Source: a marine bacterium B5-7 (GTDB lineage Bacteria > Pseudomonadota > Gammaproteobacteria > Arenicellales > CAJQKF01). From it: a DNA stretch of 64,000 nt. The notes under the pieces were generated by a model. It was not told the origin of the DNA and ran no database searches. It saw nothing but the letters and a program-made list of their open reading frames with translations. The position numbers were made by a program, and so were the translations under genes. Positions 20,645 to 30,544 of this stretch are shown here, in pieces (the first letter of the stretch is position 1; every line of letters begins with the position of its first letter). The stretch is from positions 11,231 to 75,230 of the forward strand of contig BQJD01000017.1 in NCBI GenBank assembly GCA_021604525.1. Reading direction: 5' to 3'.

Positions 20645-21313
20645 CTAAGCCGTGGCTTCGCGTTCCTGGATTTGCGATTTCAGGTACTCGACAACATTAA
20701 CGCTTGAACTGATGACGTGATTTCGGGTTTCAATGTATGCCCGGTCGGCGTCCGAAGCTAAAATTGCATCGATAATCTTGCAGTGCTCATTGAAGGATTC
20801 CTGTACGCGGCCCTTTGCCTTGAAGAATATCGACGTGCGAAACGGTGCCAGTCGACGCCTGAAGGAAACCGTCAGATCGGTGATGCTGTCATTATGGGTT
20901 CCACGATAAATCAGGTTGTGAAGCTCTTCATTCAGGGTTGAGTAACGGTCGGTATCGCTGTTTTCAATTGCCTGCCTTGCCTGTTCGTGAAGAGACTCAA
21001 GCTGGTGACGTTCCATCGCGGTCATTCGACGCGCCGAAAGCCGCGCACACAACCCTTCCAGCTCACTTTGAACTTCATACATTTCCAACAGTTTTTCAAC
21101 ACCAATATTGGCAACGGTTGCCCCTCTGCGGGGACGAAACTCTACCAGCCCGGTTGATTCCAGTTGTCTGAGTGCATCGCGCACGGGCGTGCGTGATACG
21201 TTGTATTGATCGGCTAACGCTTTTTCCTCAAGCTTCATGCCCGGTGCAATTACACCCGTTACGATGTCTTTGGAAATTCGTTCGCGAATGGTTTCGGCTA
21301 TCGTTGAACTCAT
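20645..21313 (-). CDS. GntR-family transcriptional regulator (FadR/FCD subfamily)
   Basis: Winged HTH LADQYNVSRTPVRDALRQLESTGLVE plus a helical FCD-type C-terminal domain. Confidence 0.9.
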   Translation of the reverse strand: MSSTIAETIRERISKDIVTGVIAPGMKLEEKALADQYNVSRTPVRDALRQLESTGLVEFRPRRGATVANIGVEKLLEMYEVQSELEGLCARLSARRMTAMERHQLESLHEQARQAIENSDTDRYSTLNEELHNLIYRGTHNDSITDLTVSFRRRLAPFRTSIFFKAKGRVQESFNEHCKIIDAILASDADRAYIETRNHVISSSVNVVEYLKSQIQEREATA

Positions 21314-21442
21314 GAATCCTTATCTCCTTGAGGGCGAAGCCAATATGGAAGTGTCTGAACGTTGAAATAACATGAGGCATAACGATATCAGAAGTTGTGC
21401 TTCTTGTTCACTGTGGCTGCGGCTCGCGATTTGATGACGCAT

Positions 21443-22093
21443 TTATAACACCCGGCAGACTGCATCGAACTCGAATCTTGGCAGTCGCGGAAACACACGA
21501 GTGCTGTCACCGTAGCCCATTGCGCAGAGGAAATTCGATTTTATCCGGGTACCAGTAAAATAGATTCGGTCAACTGCATCGCGGTCAAAGCCTGAAATGG
21601 GTCCGCAGTCAAGGCCCATGGCCCGTGCCGCCATCATAAAATAGGCGCCTTGCAATGTACCGTTACGAATAGTGGTTTCCGATTCAAGTTCTGCATTGTC
21701 GTTGAACAAATGGCGGATTTTTCGATGAGGAAACAACATCTCCAAGTGATCTGCAAAGGCGAAGTCATAGGCAATAATCGCCACCACCGGTGCAGTACGT
21801 ATCTTCTCCTGATTACCTTCGCTTATTGCCGGGAGAAGGCGTGTTTTCTCTTCGATGGAATTAACAAACACGATTCGCATGGGACAGCAGTTCATGCTGG
21901 TCGGTCCCATCCTGGCGAGATTGTATATGTCCTTTAAGGTATCGGTTTCGATCGGTTTATCCAGCCAACCATTCTGGCTTCTTGCGTTGCGAAATAATAC
22001 GTCCAGCGAGCGGTCGTCGATCTGCTGTCCTTGACATGGATCATTCACTGAGCTGTGGACACATGATGATGTTGTTGGGCTTGATGGTTTCAT
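21443..22093 (-). CDS. nitroreductase-family protein, RutE-like (malonic semialdehyde reductase-like)
   Basis: LDVLFRNARSQNGWLDKPI...LKDIYNLARMGPTSMNCCPMRIVFV matches the RutE/YdjA-type nitroreductase fold pattern. Confidence 0.7.
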   Translation of the reverse strand: MKPSSPTTSSCVHSSVNDPCQGQQIDDRSLDVLFRNARSQNGWLDKPIETDTLKDIYNLARMGPTSMNCCPMRIVFVNSIEEKTRLLPAISEGNQEKIRTAPVVAIIAYDFAFADHLEMLFPHRKIRHLFNDNAELESETTIRNGTLQGAYFMMAARAMGLDCGPISGFDRDAVDRIYFTGTRIKSNFLCAMGYGDSTRVFPRLPRFEFDAVCRVL

Positions 22094-22866
22094 GGCTTGT
22101 TAAAAATCTCCTTCAAACGCTCAATCGCATCGGCATCGGGGGTCGGCAGTCGAGTGCCAGGGGGCGGGACACTCGATTTGTATGAACTACGGTTCATGAG
22201 TCGATCTGCCCAGTCCCTCACCGATGGACGCCGGTCAATCAGAAACGCCAGACCGAGATGGGTGATGCGGTCGATGAATGACATTGCCATCACGTCGGCC
22301 AGGGAGAACTGGTCGGCAACGAGCCAGTCACCCTCTTTAAGGCTCGCCTCCATCCGCGCAAAGGCAGTATTGGCGATTACCACGGTATTATTGACCTGAT
22401 CAAAATCAATGTCCTCCGCTGCGGCCTTGCGAAAGGCTTGGGCTCTGGCCGGCTGTGGATGATGTGCGATCAAGGCTTCAAGTTCCTGTTTACTGAATCG
22501 CTTGAGACGTTGTTTGATCATCATTTCGAACGTTGCCGGTCTGACACCGTGATGCAACACGTCATCCCCGTACTTTACCCATGCGCGCATATGGGCGCGC
22601 GCCACCGGGTCGGTCGGTCGCAGTGACGGTTCCTGAAAAACCTCATCCAGATACTCGTTTATCACCGATGACTCGATGACCACATGGCCGTCGTGCACCA
22701 GCGTCGGTACGACGCCGTTTGGGTTCAGCCTAAGGTATTCTGCTTCCAGATGCTTGAACTCGGTGAGTTCGATGAGATGCGGCGTCCAGTCCAGTTGCTT
22801 TTCAGCCAGGCAGGCTCGCACCTTGAACGACATCAATGAGTCCCAGTCATGGTAGAGCTCAAGCAT
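22090..22866 (-). CDS. glutathione S-transferase family protein
   Basis: N-terminal thioredoxin-like GST motif (SFKVRACLAEKQL...LNPNGVVPTLVHDG..VIESSVINEYLDE). 4-nt overlap with the downstream nitroreductase gene. Confidence 0.8.
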   Translation of the reverse strand: MLELYHDWDSLMSFKVRACLAEKQLDWTPHLIELTEFKHLEAEYLRLNPNGVVPTLVHDGHVVIESSVINEYLDEVFQEPSLRPTDPVARAHMRAWVKYGDDVLHHGVRPATFEMMIKQRLKRFSKQELEALIAHHPQPARAQAFRKAAAEDIDFDQVNNTVVIANTAFARMEASLKEGDWLVADQFSLADVMAMSFIDRITHLGLAFLIDRRPSVRDWADRLMNRSSYKSSVPPPGTRLPTPDADAIERLKEIFNKP

Positions 22867-22930
22867 TGATTAATCCTCACGGGTTGCCCGGGTCCAAACC
22901 CGCAAGCGGGTATTGTGGGGTTTCAAAATT

Positions 22931-22992
22931 TATACTTGACAAGTATACACAAGATTGTCAAAGTATACACAACGAATATGCAGTATACATAT
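22931..22992. promoter_or_regulatory. candidate GntR-type operator array in a divergent promoter
   Basis: GTATAC cores at 22943-22948, 22963-22968 and 22983-22988, exactly 20 bp apart. AAGTATACACAA occurs twice. A 17-bp palindrome TATACTTG-A-CAAGTATA lies at 22931-22947. A TTGACA hexamer at 22936-22941 overlaps the first site. Confidence 0.5.
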
Positions 22993-23071
22993 TATTTGTC
23001 ATCGCAGACTAAAGTGTTCGGTTCGAGAATTGATCAAAGTCTGCGCAAACTAACGCGAAAAGAGGAATCCC

Positions 23072-24016
23072 ATGAGTAGTTACGGATTAGCGACCTACCT
23101 GAGTACAGCTCAATCAAGAGCCGCCCTGGTGTTTGATCAGCGACTCGTTGACCTGTCGGATGCTGCCAAGGCGGTGAATGGCGATGCAGAACCGGGATGG
23201 CTGGCAGGTGGGCTCGATGGAATATTCCGACAATGGGAGGATGTTCGAGACGAAATCGATGCTCTCGCCAACAGCGCGGCCAAACTGGTTGCCGATGGCA
23301 CATTGAAACTGTTACCCGAAGGTACCCGTGTGGCGCCGCCGCTGCGTCCCGAGAGAATGTTTTGTGCGGCATCCAACTACATCGAACATGCCGAAGAGAT
23401 GGGTACGGTATTGGCTGCCAAGGCCAACAGCAATCCGTTTATCTTCATGAAAGCGCCATCATGCATCGTCGGCAATGGCGATGCGGTCGTAAAGCCAACT
23501 CGCACCGAGATGCTCGACTGGGAAGTGGAGCTTGGCGTCGTGATCGGTCGACGTTGCCGATACGTTTCAATTGACAATGCACTGGATGTCATCGCCGGTT
23601 ACACCATAGTAAATGATGTAACAGCGCGTGATCTGAATGTCCGCGATGACTTTCCATTCAAGTTCGATTGGTTTCAGGGAAAGAGCTGGGATACTTTCGG
23701 GCCGATTGGTCCGTGGGTTATTCCGGCATCGGTATTCGGCGATCCACATGATGTCAGCCTGAAGCTGTCTGTTAACGACGAACTCATGCAGGACGGAAAT
23801 ACCAACAAGCTCATATTCAACATCGCCGAACAAATTGCCTACTTGAGCGACATACTCACCTTGCTGCCGGGCGATGTAATCGCAACCGGTACCCCCGACG
23901 GTGTCGGTATGGGACGAGGTGTTTATCTGCATAAAGGCGATGTCATGAAAGCGACCATAGCGGGCATCGGTTCGCTGACCAATCCCATAACGGACGAGGC
24001 GGATAGCCGGTCGTAA
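23072..24016 (+). CDS. fumarylacetoacetate hydrolase (FAH) family protein
   Basis: Motifs DWEVELGVVIG, GYTIVNDVTARD, KSWDTFGPIGPW and PGDVIATGTPDGVG. Confidence 0.9.
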   Translation: MSSYGLATYLSTAQSRAALVFDQRLVDLSDAAKAVNGDAEPGWLAGGLDGIFRQWEDVRDEIDALANSAAKLVADGTLKLLPEGTRVAPPLRPERMFCAASNYIEHAEEMGTVLAAKANSNPFIFMKAPSCIVGNGDAVVKPTRTEMLDWEVELGVVIGRRCRYVSIDNALDVIAGYTIVNDVTARDLNVRDDFPFKFDWFQGKSWDTFGPIGPWVIPASVFGDPHDVSLKLSVNDELMQDGNTNKLIFNIAEQIAYLSDILTLLPGDVIATGTPDGVGMGRGVYLHKGDVMKATIAGIGSLTNPITDEADSRS

Positions 24017-24102
24017 CGATCGCGATATTCGCCTTTATCCAGATTTCTGAAGTAACGATTCAGACGTTGGCCATACGGCCGCAATATAAACCGGAGGATG
24101 TG

Positions 24103-25101
24103 ATGAAGTACCAAAGTAAGACACTGAAACTGGCAGCCGCGCTTGCAGCAACGTTTGCCGTAGCTGGCATGACAATGACCCATGAGGCTGAAGCAGCCGA
24201 TAAGGTCACGTTTAACATGGCATGGCTGCCGCAGGGCAGCATGAGTGGTATCGCAGTTGCTATCGGTAAAGGTTTCTATGAAGAAGCCGGACTTGAAGTA
24301 GAAGCGGTACGCGGGTTTGGCGGGATCAGAACGACCAATGAGATTGATCAGGGCCTGTTCGAATTCGGATACGGTAACCCGCTCGGCGTAATTCTAAACC
24401 GCTCGAAAGGCGGCAAGACCCGACTGGTCGGTGCTATCAACGATCGCTGGCCTGCTGGTCTGTGTTTCGTCAAGGAGCACCACGATCTCAAAACCCCGGC
24501 GGACCTGGCTGGTCTGACCATCGGCGGTGGCCAGTATTCACCGGTGCAGGTAATGATGCCTGCGTGGCTTGAGCGCAATGGTGTCAGCAGGGATTCGGTA
24601 AAGCTTCTGCAAATGGATCCGGCAGTGGTCGATGCTTCGCTTATCGAAGGCAAAATCGACGCGGCTGAATGCTGGGAAGGCTCGAACAAGGCGTTGATAG
24701 AAAAACGCGCAAGGGAAGCCGGTCTGACCATCGACTGGGTCGAGTATGAGCAGCACAATCTGGATATCTACGGTAGTGGGCTTGTTACATCGGACAAACT
24801 TATCGATGAGAACCCGGATCTTGTTCAGCGTTTTGTAACAGCGACCTATCGTGGATACGCGTACGCCAACGAACACCCGCAGGAAGCCACTGATATTCTG
24901 GTGAAACTGTTTCCGGTACTGGCACCTGATGTGACAATGCAGCAGGTTAAGGAGACAACCGACCTCCTCAAGGGTCCGGGACCGATGGGCGATATGACTG
25001 AAGAGAAAATGGCCAGTACGCTTGAGTTTCTGAAAAGCGCATATAGTGTGACCGAAGATATCAATGTGGCGGACATCTACACGACGCGTTTTGTGAAGTA
25101 A
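24103..25101 (+). CDS. ABC transporter substrate-binding protein (NMT1/THI5-like, NitT/TauT family)
   Basis: Signal peptide MKYQSKTLKLAAALAATFAVAGMTMTHEAEA. GGAGG ribosome-binding site before ATG 24103. Followed by the matching permease and ATPase. Confidence 0.75.
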   Translation: MKYQSKTLKLAAALAATFAVAGMTMTHEAEAADKVTFNMAWLPQGSMSGIAVAIGKGFYEEAGLEVEAVRGFGGIRTTNEIDQGLFEFGYGNPLGVILNRSKGGKTRLVGAINDRWPAGLCFVKEHHDLKTPADLAGLTIGGGQYSPVQVMMPAWLERNGVSRDSVKLLQMDPAVVDASLIEGKIDAAECWEGSNKALIEKRAREAGLTIDWVEYEQHNLDIYGSGLVTSDKLIDENPDLVQRFVTATYRGYAYANEHPQEATDILVKLFPVLAPDVTMQQVKETTDLLKGPGPMGDMTEEKMASTLEFLKSAYSVTEDINVADIYTTRFVK

Positions 25102-25141
25102 GTTCGAGCATTCATCATTTCATACACCAGGGGGAAGTACC

Positions 25142-25690
25142 ATGTTTAATCCGAGACCCAAAAAACTTGGTCATCTTGTTCTCAAGGTGCGGGATATCCA
25201 CGAGTCGGTACGCTTTTACACCGAAATAGTCGGGCTTGAAGTATCCGACTGGATAGAAGACAAAATGGTTTTCTTGCGGTGTGGATCGGATCATCACGAT
25301 CTTGGACTATTCCAGCTTCCCCCAGAGGCGCTTGAACAAGCGCGAATTGCAGGCGAGGGTGATCCTGGTCTCGAACATTTCTCCTACGAGGTTGAGGATT
25401 ACTCCGTCGTCGAGAAGACGGTTGAAATGCTCAAAGAACGTTCCGTGGAAATTGTCCGCGGCCCCGGCAAGCATGGTCCTGGTGAAAACATATTCCTGGT
25501 GTTCAAGGACCCAGACGGGAACTTTGTGGAGTTCTACTGTGAGATGGTTCAGGTCACCGATGAAGAACCTTATAAAGCCAGCGTCTGGAAGGACAATCTC
25601 GATGCATTCGACCAATGGCACTTTAAAGAGTTTGCGGTTGAACCACCGGCTCTTTACAAGGATCGCGCTGCCCGTAACGATGACGATTGA
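25142..25690 (+). CDS. VOC-family protein (glyoxalase / extradiol dioxygenase fold)
   Basis: LGHLVLKVRDIHESVRFYTEIVGLEV, GLEHFSYEV and FKDPDGNFVEFY are typical VOC beta-alpha-beta-beta-beta modules. Confidence 0.75.
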   Translation: MFNPRPKKLGHLVLKVRDIHESVRFYTEIVGLEVSDWIEDKMVFLRCGSDHHDLGLFQLPPEALEQARIAGEGDPGLEHFSYEVEDYSVVEKTVEMLKERSVEIVRGPGKHGPGENIFLVFKDPDGNFVEFYCEMVQVTDEEPYKASVWKDNLDAFDQWHFKEFAVEPPALYKDRAARNDDD

Positions 25691-25710
25691 GTACGAACTG
25701 GAGTAATTGC

Positions 25711-26496
25711 ATGACGAATATCTTCGGCTATCTGACATCATCCTTGTCACGGATTCCATACCGGACAATACGTGATGCAGGGCTGTTCTTTTTGTTGCTT
25801 GCGGTGATTTGGGAAGCTGCGGTACGGATCTTTAAAATCAAGTCGTATCTGCTGCCAACACCGACGGAAATAATCAAAGAGATGTTTCAATCATCGCCAT
25901 TACTCTGGCAGCATTCTCTGGTCACACTCAATGAGGTGTTGCTGGGTTTTGTCGCTGCGATGGTATTCGGCTTGCTGATTGCGCTGGCGGTGTTTTTTAT
26001 TCCGCTATTCCGTCGTACGCTGTATCCACTGGTGATCGCGATGCAGGGTGTGCCGAAAGTTGCGCTCGCACCGCTCATCATCGTGTGGTTTGGTTACGGC
26101 GTATCATCGAAAGTCATCATGGCATTTCTGTTCGCCTTCTTTCCGGTTGTCATATCGACGCTTGGCGGGTTGGCGACTACACCCGCGCACCTTATCGAAC
26201 ATTTTCGCGCGCTCAAGATGAGCGCATGGGATACGTTCTGGAAGCTTCGTGTTCCGAGCGCGCTACCGAATTTTATCGATGGTTGCAAGGTGGCGATGCC
26301 ACTGGCAGTTATCGGTGCAGTGGTTGGTGAGTTTGTCGGATCGAGTGATGGGCTTGGAAATCTGATATTACTGGCCAGTGGTTCATCACGCACCGCGCTG
26401 ATGTTTGCAACATTGTTTGCGATTACCTTTTTGTCACTTCTGCTATACCTGATTGTCGAGCTATGCGGATCATTCGTATGGTGGCGGGCGAGATAA
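25711..26496 (+). CDS. ABC transporter permease (NitT/TauT family)
   Basis: Six hydrophobic segments and an EAA-like loop (HFRALKMSAWDTFWKLRVPSALP). ATG 25711 is preceded by GGAG. Confidence 0.85.
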   Translation: MTNIFGYLTSSLSRIPYRTIRDAGLFFLLLAVIWEAAVRIFKIKSYLLPTPTEIIKEMFQSSPLLWQHSLVTLNEVLLGFVAAMVFGLLIALAVFFIPLFRRTLYPLVIAMQGVPKVALAPLIIVWFGYGVSSKVIMAFLFAFFPVVISTLGGLATTPAHLIEHFRALKMSAWDTFWKLRVPSALPNFIDGCKVAMPLAVIGAVVGEFVGSSDGLGNLILLASGSSRTALMFATLFAITFLSLLLYLIVELCGSFVWWRAR

Positions 26497-26500
26497 AACC

Positions 26501-27310
26501 ATGAGTATCATTCCCTTGATGAAACAAACCGAAGACATCGCATCTACTCAATCAATGACCGAAACGTCAATTATTGTCGATAACGTCAACAAGGTTTTCG
26601 GTGGAACCGGTGGCGTACACGTACTCGATAACGTCAGTGCCCGCGTAGCCGATTGCGAGTTCGTCTCACTGCTTGGACCAAGCGGCTGTGGCAAGAGTAC
26701 CTTGCTACGAATCATCGCTGGCCTTGAATCCTGTGATTCAGGATCTGTCGAAGTGCTTGGCAGGAATGTTGTCGAGCCGGGTGAAGAAGTCGGTATTGTC
26801 TTCCAGACACATAATTTGCTGCCGTGGCGTAATGTCGAAGGTAATCTTGCCCTCAGTATCGAGAAGACCCTGGATGCTGGCGAAGTGCGTGAACTGGTCC
26901 AGAAGATGATCGGTACGCTCGGGCTTCAAGGCTTCGAGAAAAGTTTTCCCCACGAATTGTCGGGTGGCATGCGTCAGCGCGTGGCAATTGGCCAGGCACT
27001 GGTTCGCAATCCGCGCATCCTGCTCATGGATGAACCGTTTGGCGCCCTGGATGCCTTGACACGGGACCGACTCAACCTCGAGTTGCTACGTATCTGGCAG
27101 GCGGAAAGGAAAACAGTCGTCCTGGTGACCCATAGTGTGGTCGAGGCTGTTGTGTTGTCGGATCGTGTATTGGTGATGTCGGATCGACCGAGCCGTGTCA
27201 TTGAAGCAGTGGATATCGATCTGCCGAGACCTCGCGATCCGCAATCAATCAGGGAGGCACCCGAATTCGGTGAATGCGTTGTTAATCTCAACCGCATCAT
27301 GGGCCTGTAG
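26501..27310 (+). CDS. ABC transporter ATP-binding protein
   Basis: Walker A GPSGCGKST, signature LSGGMRQR, Walker B ILLMDEP and H-loop VTHS. Confidence 0.9.
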   Translation: MSIIPLMKQTEDIASTQSMTETSIIVDNVNKVFGGTGGVHVLDNVSARVADCEFVSLLGPSGCGKSTLLRIIAGLESCDSGSVEVLGRNVVEPGEEVGIVFQTHNLLPWRNVEGNLALSIEKTLDAGEVRELVQKMIGTLGLQGFEKSFPHELSGGMRQRVAIGQALVRNPRILLMDEPFGALDALTRDRLNLELLRIWQAERKTVVLVTHSVVEAVVLSDRVLVMSDRPSRVIEAVDIDLPRPRDPQSIREAPEFGECVVNLNRIMGL

Positions 27311-27379
27311 TTTTTATCACTTCGCCCGGTGTCTAAATCGGGCGACATTCATTACTTGAAATATGGAGGCGTTATAGTC

Positions 27380-27781
27380 ATGGCAAAATTACGACACGTG
27401 GCGATGTCGGTATCAGATCCGGAAGCATCGGCACGGTTTTATCAGGAAGCATTTGGTATGGAGAGGGTCGGCGATACCGATTCTGAACTGGCAAGTGGTG
27501 TTTACCTTTCAGACGGTGTCATGTCATTGGCACTGCTGAAGTACAAGAGTGACAAATGGGCGGGTGAGCGTTACGGCAAGGACTTTCTCGGTGTTCACCA
27601 TGTTGGCTTCTGGGTCGATGATCTGGCCGAATCCGAGAAGACGGCATCCGCTGCCGGCGCGACCTACTTTGCCGACCTGCCGGTAGAGAAGACCTCCCTG
27701 TATTATGAGAAGAAATATTGTGATCCCGATGGAATCATCTTCGACATGACACCGAACGGCTGGGCCGGCACAACCAAGTAA
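27380..27781 (+). CDS. VOC-family (glyoxalase-like) protein
   Basis: LRHVAMSVSDPEASARFYQEAFGM, GVHHVGFWVDD and DPDGIIFD. GGAGG ribosome-binding site before ATG 27380. Confidence 0.7.
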   Translation: MAKLRHVAMSVSDPEASARFYQEAFGMERVGDTDSELASGVYLSDGVMSLALLKYKSDKWAGERYGKDFLGVHHVGFWVDDLAESEKTASAAGATYFADLPVEKTSLYYEKKYCDPDGIIFDMTPNGWAGTTK

Positions 27782-28007
27782 GGAATTGGGTGAGCATGCG
27801 TGCGTCGATTCGTCGATGTTTGAGTGTGCGTAGTAATGGCCAAGTGCCCGTCAGTGTTTTCGCATTGACTCGTAGTAATCAGTCTTTCGGTTAATGACAT
27901 GAAGCTGTTAATTATCTGAACCATAAGCTGGCAGATTTGGTGTTGGCTTTAAGGTTTGCATGACAGTTTGGCGTGTGTGACGCGGGGACAATAATGGAGA
28001 CAATTAA

Positions 28008-28916
28008 ATGAACCAGGAACTGGGTCGATTGACCGGCGTGATACCGGCAGTCGCTACTCCCTTTTGTGAAAACGAGGACATCGACGAGAAAACCCTGCGT
28101 GAACTGCTCAACTGGTATATCGATGCCGGTGTTCACGGAATCTCAGTCGGTGGAAGCCAGGGCGAATTCTTCTCGCTTGATGCTGACGAGCGTTCGAAAG
28201 TACTGAAGATCACCATGGAGGTGGTTGAAGGTCGGGTGCCGGTATATGCCGGCACCGGCGCGATTACCACGCGTGAATCCATTCGGATAACGCGTGAGGC
28301 AGAGGCAATGGGCGTCGATGTCGCCATGCTCATCACACCCTATTTCATTCAACCACGACCGGATGAGCTGGTGTCTCATTTCACCGATATCGCACGATCA
28401 ACCAGGCTTCCGGTTTTGCTTTATAACAATCCGCCACGCACCAGCGTGAATGTATCGCCCGACGTCTTTGCCCGCTGCTATGAAGTGGACAATATCATCG
28501 GCGTAAAGGATTCAAGTGGCGATATGACCCAGATCATCGAGTACCTGCGAGTATCCGGTCGACGCGCGATGGTCTACTCTGGTCGCGATACACTGATCCT
28601 TGATATCATCCTGCACGGCGGGGCAGGAGCAATATCGCCAGCAGCTAATGTGTTCCCCAGACTTGTCATTCGCTTGTATGATGCAGTCAAGTCGGGTGAT
28701 CTGGATACTGCAAAAGAAATTGGTGATGTCCTGGCACCCCTGCGAATGGCGTGGGAATGGGCTTCATTTCCTGTTGTCATCAAAGAGGCGATGGCACTGG
28801 TCGGTCGCGGTAACGGTATTGCCAGGGCGCCGATTCAAGGTCTGAGTGCCGAGAAACGTTCGGCTCTGGCCAAGGTAATCGAGACTATTTCAAAATACGA
28901 AGCTGCTGGCGCATAA
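28008..28916 (+). CDS. dihydrodipicolinate synthase / N-acetylneuraminate lyase family aldolase
   Basis: Class I aldolase motifs GISVGGSQGEF, LLYNNPPRT and the Schiff-base lysine context IIGVKDSSG. Confidence 0.85.
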   Translation: MNQELGRLTGVIPAVATPFCENEDIDEKTLRELLNWYIDAGVHGISVGGSQGEFFSLDADERSKVLKITMEVVEGRVPVYAGTGAITTRESIRITREAEAMGVDVAMLITPYFIQPRPDELVSHFTDIARSTRLPVLLYNNPPRTSVNVSPDVFARCYEVDNIIGVKDSSGDMTQIIEYLRVSGRRAMVYSGRDTLILDIILHGGAGAISPAANVFPRLVIRLYDAVKSGDLDTAKEIGDVLAPLRMAWEWASFPVVIKEAMALVGRGNGIARAPIQGLSAEKRSALAKVIETISKYEAAGA

Positions 28917-29017
28917 CCTGTCGATATGTAGCAGGCCGTCGTTATGTAGCAGGCGATCGTTCGGTCGTTGCCGAAGTCGGTTTCACACTAATGGATCATT
29001 GAATCACCACAAGTCCC

Positions 29018-30544
29018 ATGTCCAACGATATTACACTTGTTCAATTAATGGCCACGGGTGCGGACAATAGTCCCGCACTCTCTGCCCCGGACCTTGAACC
29101 ACTCGACTTTGCAGGGCTTCGATCACTGCAACTCGATACAGTCGCAGAGCTGAACGCACGCGGTATCGGCCGCGACGACCGGGTGGCCATCGTGCTGCCC
29201 AATGGTCCGATGATGGCGGCAAGCTTTATCTGTATCGCATGTGGTGCAACGACTGCGCCGCTCAATCCGGCATATCGCCAGGAAGAGTTTGAATTTTATC
29301 TCGAAGACTTGAATGCCCGTGCGCTGATCGTTGAGCGCGGTAGTGAATCCCCCGCTATTGACGCTGCCAGGGCTAAGGGTGTTGAGATTCTATTTATAGA
29401 TCGTCACGCGGACGATCCAGCGGGTAAGTTTCATTTTTGCGATCAACCGGGTGATGCCAAAGCAGCTCTCCCCGGTCTGGCACAGGCCAGCGATGTCGCC
29501 CTTATCCTGCATACTTCAGGGACCACATCGCGACCGAAAATTGTACCGCTTTCACATGCAAACCTGAGTCAATCGGCAAACAACATCCAGCAGTCACTTG
29601 GGCTCACGCAAACTGATTGCTGTATGAACATCATGCCGCTATTTCATATTCATGGATTGGTCGCGGCGATCCTTGCATCCCTTGGCGCGGGTGGTTCGAC
29701 CTACTGCACACCGGGATTTAGCGCGCTGGCATTTTTCTCATGGCTCGATGATGCAGCGCCCACCTGGTACACGGCAGTACCGACAATGCATCAGGCGATA
29801 TTGCAACGGTCGAGCAGAAACCTTGATGTGATCAAACGACGACCGTTACGGTTTATCAGATCCTGTTCATCGGCTTTACCGACACAGGTTATGGCGGCAG
29901 TTGAAAGCTGTTTTAATGTGCCTGTTATCGAAGCCTATGCGATGACTGAATCGGCACATCAGATGACCAGTAATCCATTACCGCCGAAAAAGCGAAAGCC
30001 CGGCACGGTCGGTATCGCCGCCGGACCCGAGGTCGCGGTGATGGATGACGCAGGGAATATACTCGCAGCCGGGGAAACCGGAGAGGTTGTGATCCGCGGA
30101 CCAAACGTAACCAGCGGGTATGAAAATAATCCGAAGGCAAACGCCGAAAATTTCACTCACGGCTGGTTCCGAACCGGTGACCAGGGCGTCATGGATGAGG
30201 ACGGATATCTAACCATCACCGGGCGATTGAAAGAGATTATCAATCGTGCCGGTGAGAAGATATCACCACGAGAGATCGACGATGTGTTGATGGATCATCC
30301 AGCGGTGGAGCAAGTGGTGACGTTTGCCATGCCCCATGAAAAACTGGGTGAAGAAGTGGCTGCTGCAGTCGTTCTTCGTCAAGATATGAATGCCGACGAG
30401 CAGGAGTTGAGGGCGTTTGTTGCATCTCGAATTGCGGGATTCAAAGTACCGAAGAAAATTCTGCTGCTGGACGAGATACCCAAAGGTGCCACCGGCAAGT
30501 TGCAACGCATCGGACTGGCTCGCACGCTGGGCCTTGGCGGATGA
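29018..30544 (+). CDS. AMP-dependent acyl-CoA synthetase (AAE3/Pcs60-like, possible oxalate--CoA ligase)
   Basis: AMP-binding motifs LHTSGTTSRPKIVPLSH, EAYAMTE, TGDQG and GKLQR. Confidence 0.8.
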   Translation: MSNDITLVQLMATGADNSPALSAPDLEPLDFAGLRSLQLDTVAELNARGIGRDDRVAIVLPNGPMMAASFICIACGATTAPLNPAYRQEEFEFYLEDLNARALIVERGSESPAIDAARAKGVEILFIDRHADDPAGKFHFCDQPGDAKAALPGLAQASDVALILHTSGTTSRPKIVPLSHANLSQSANNIQQSLGLTQTDCCMNIMPLFHIHGLVAAILASLGAGGSTYCTPGFSALAFFSWLDDAAPTWYTAVPTMHQAILQRSSRNLDVIKRRPLRFIRSCSSALPTQVMAAVESCFNVPVIEAYAMTESAHQMTSNPLPPKKRKPGTVGIAAGPEVAVMDDAGNILAAGETGEVVIRGPNVTSGYENNPKANAENFTHGWFRTGDQGVMDEDGYLTITGRLKEIINRAGEKISPREIDDVLMDHPAVEQVVTFAMPHEKLGEEVAAAVVLRQDMNADEQELRAFVASRIAGFKVPKKILLLDEIPKGATGKLQRIGLARTLGLGG

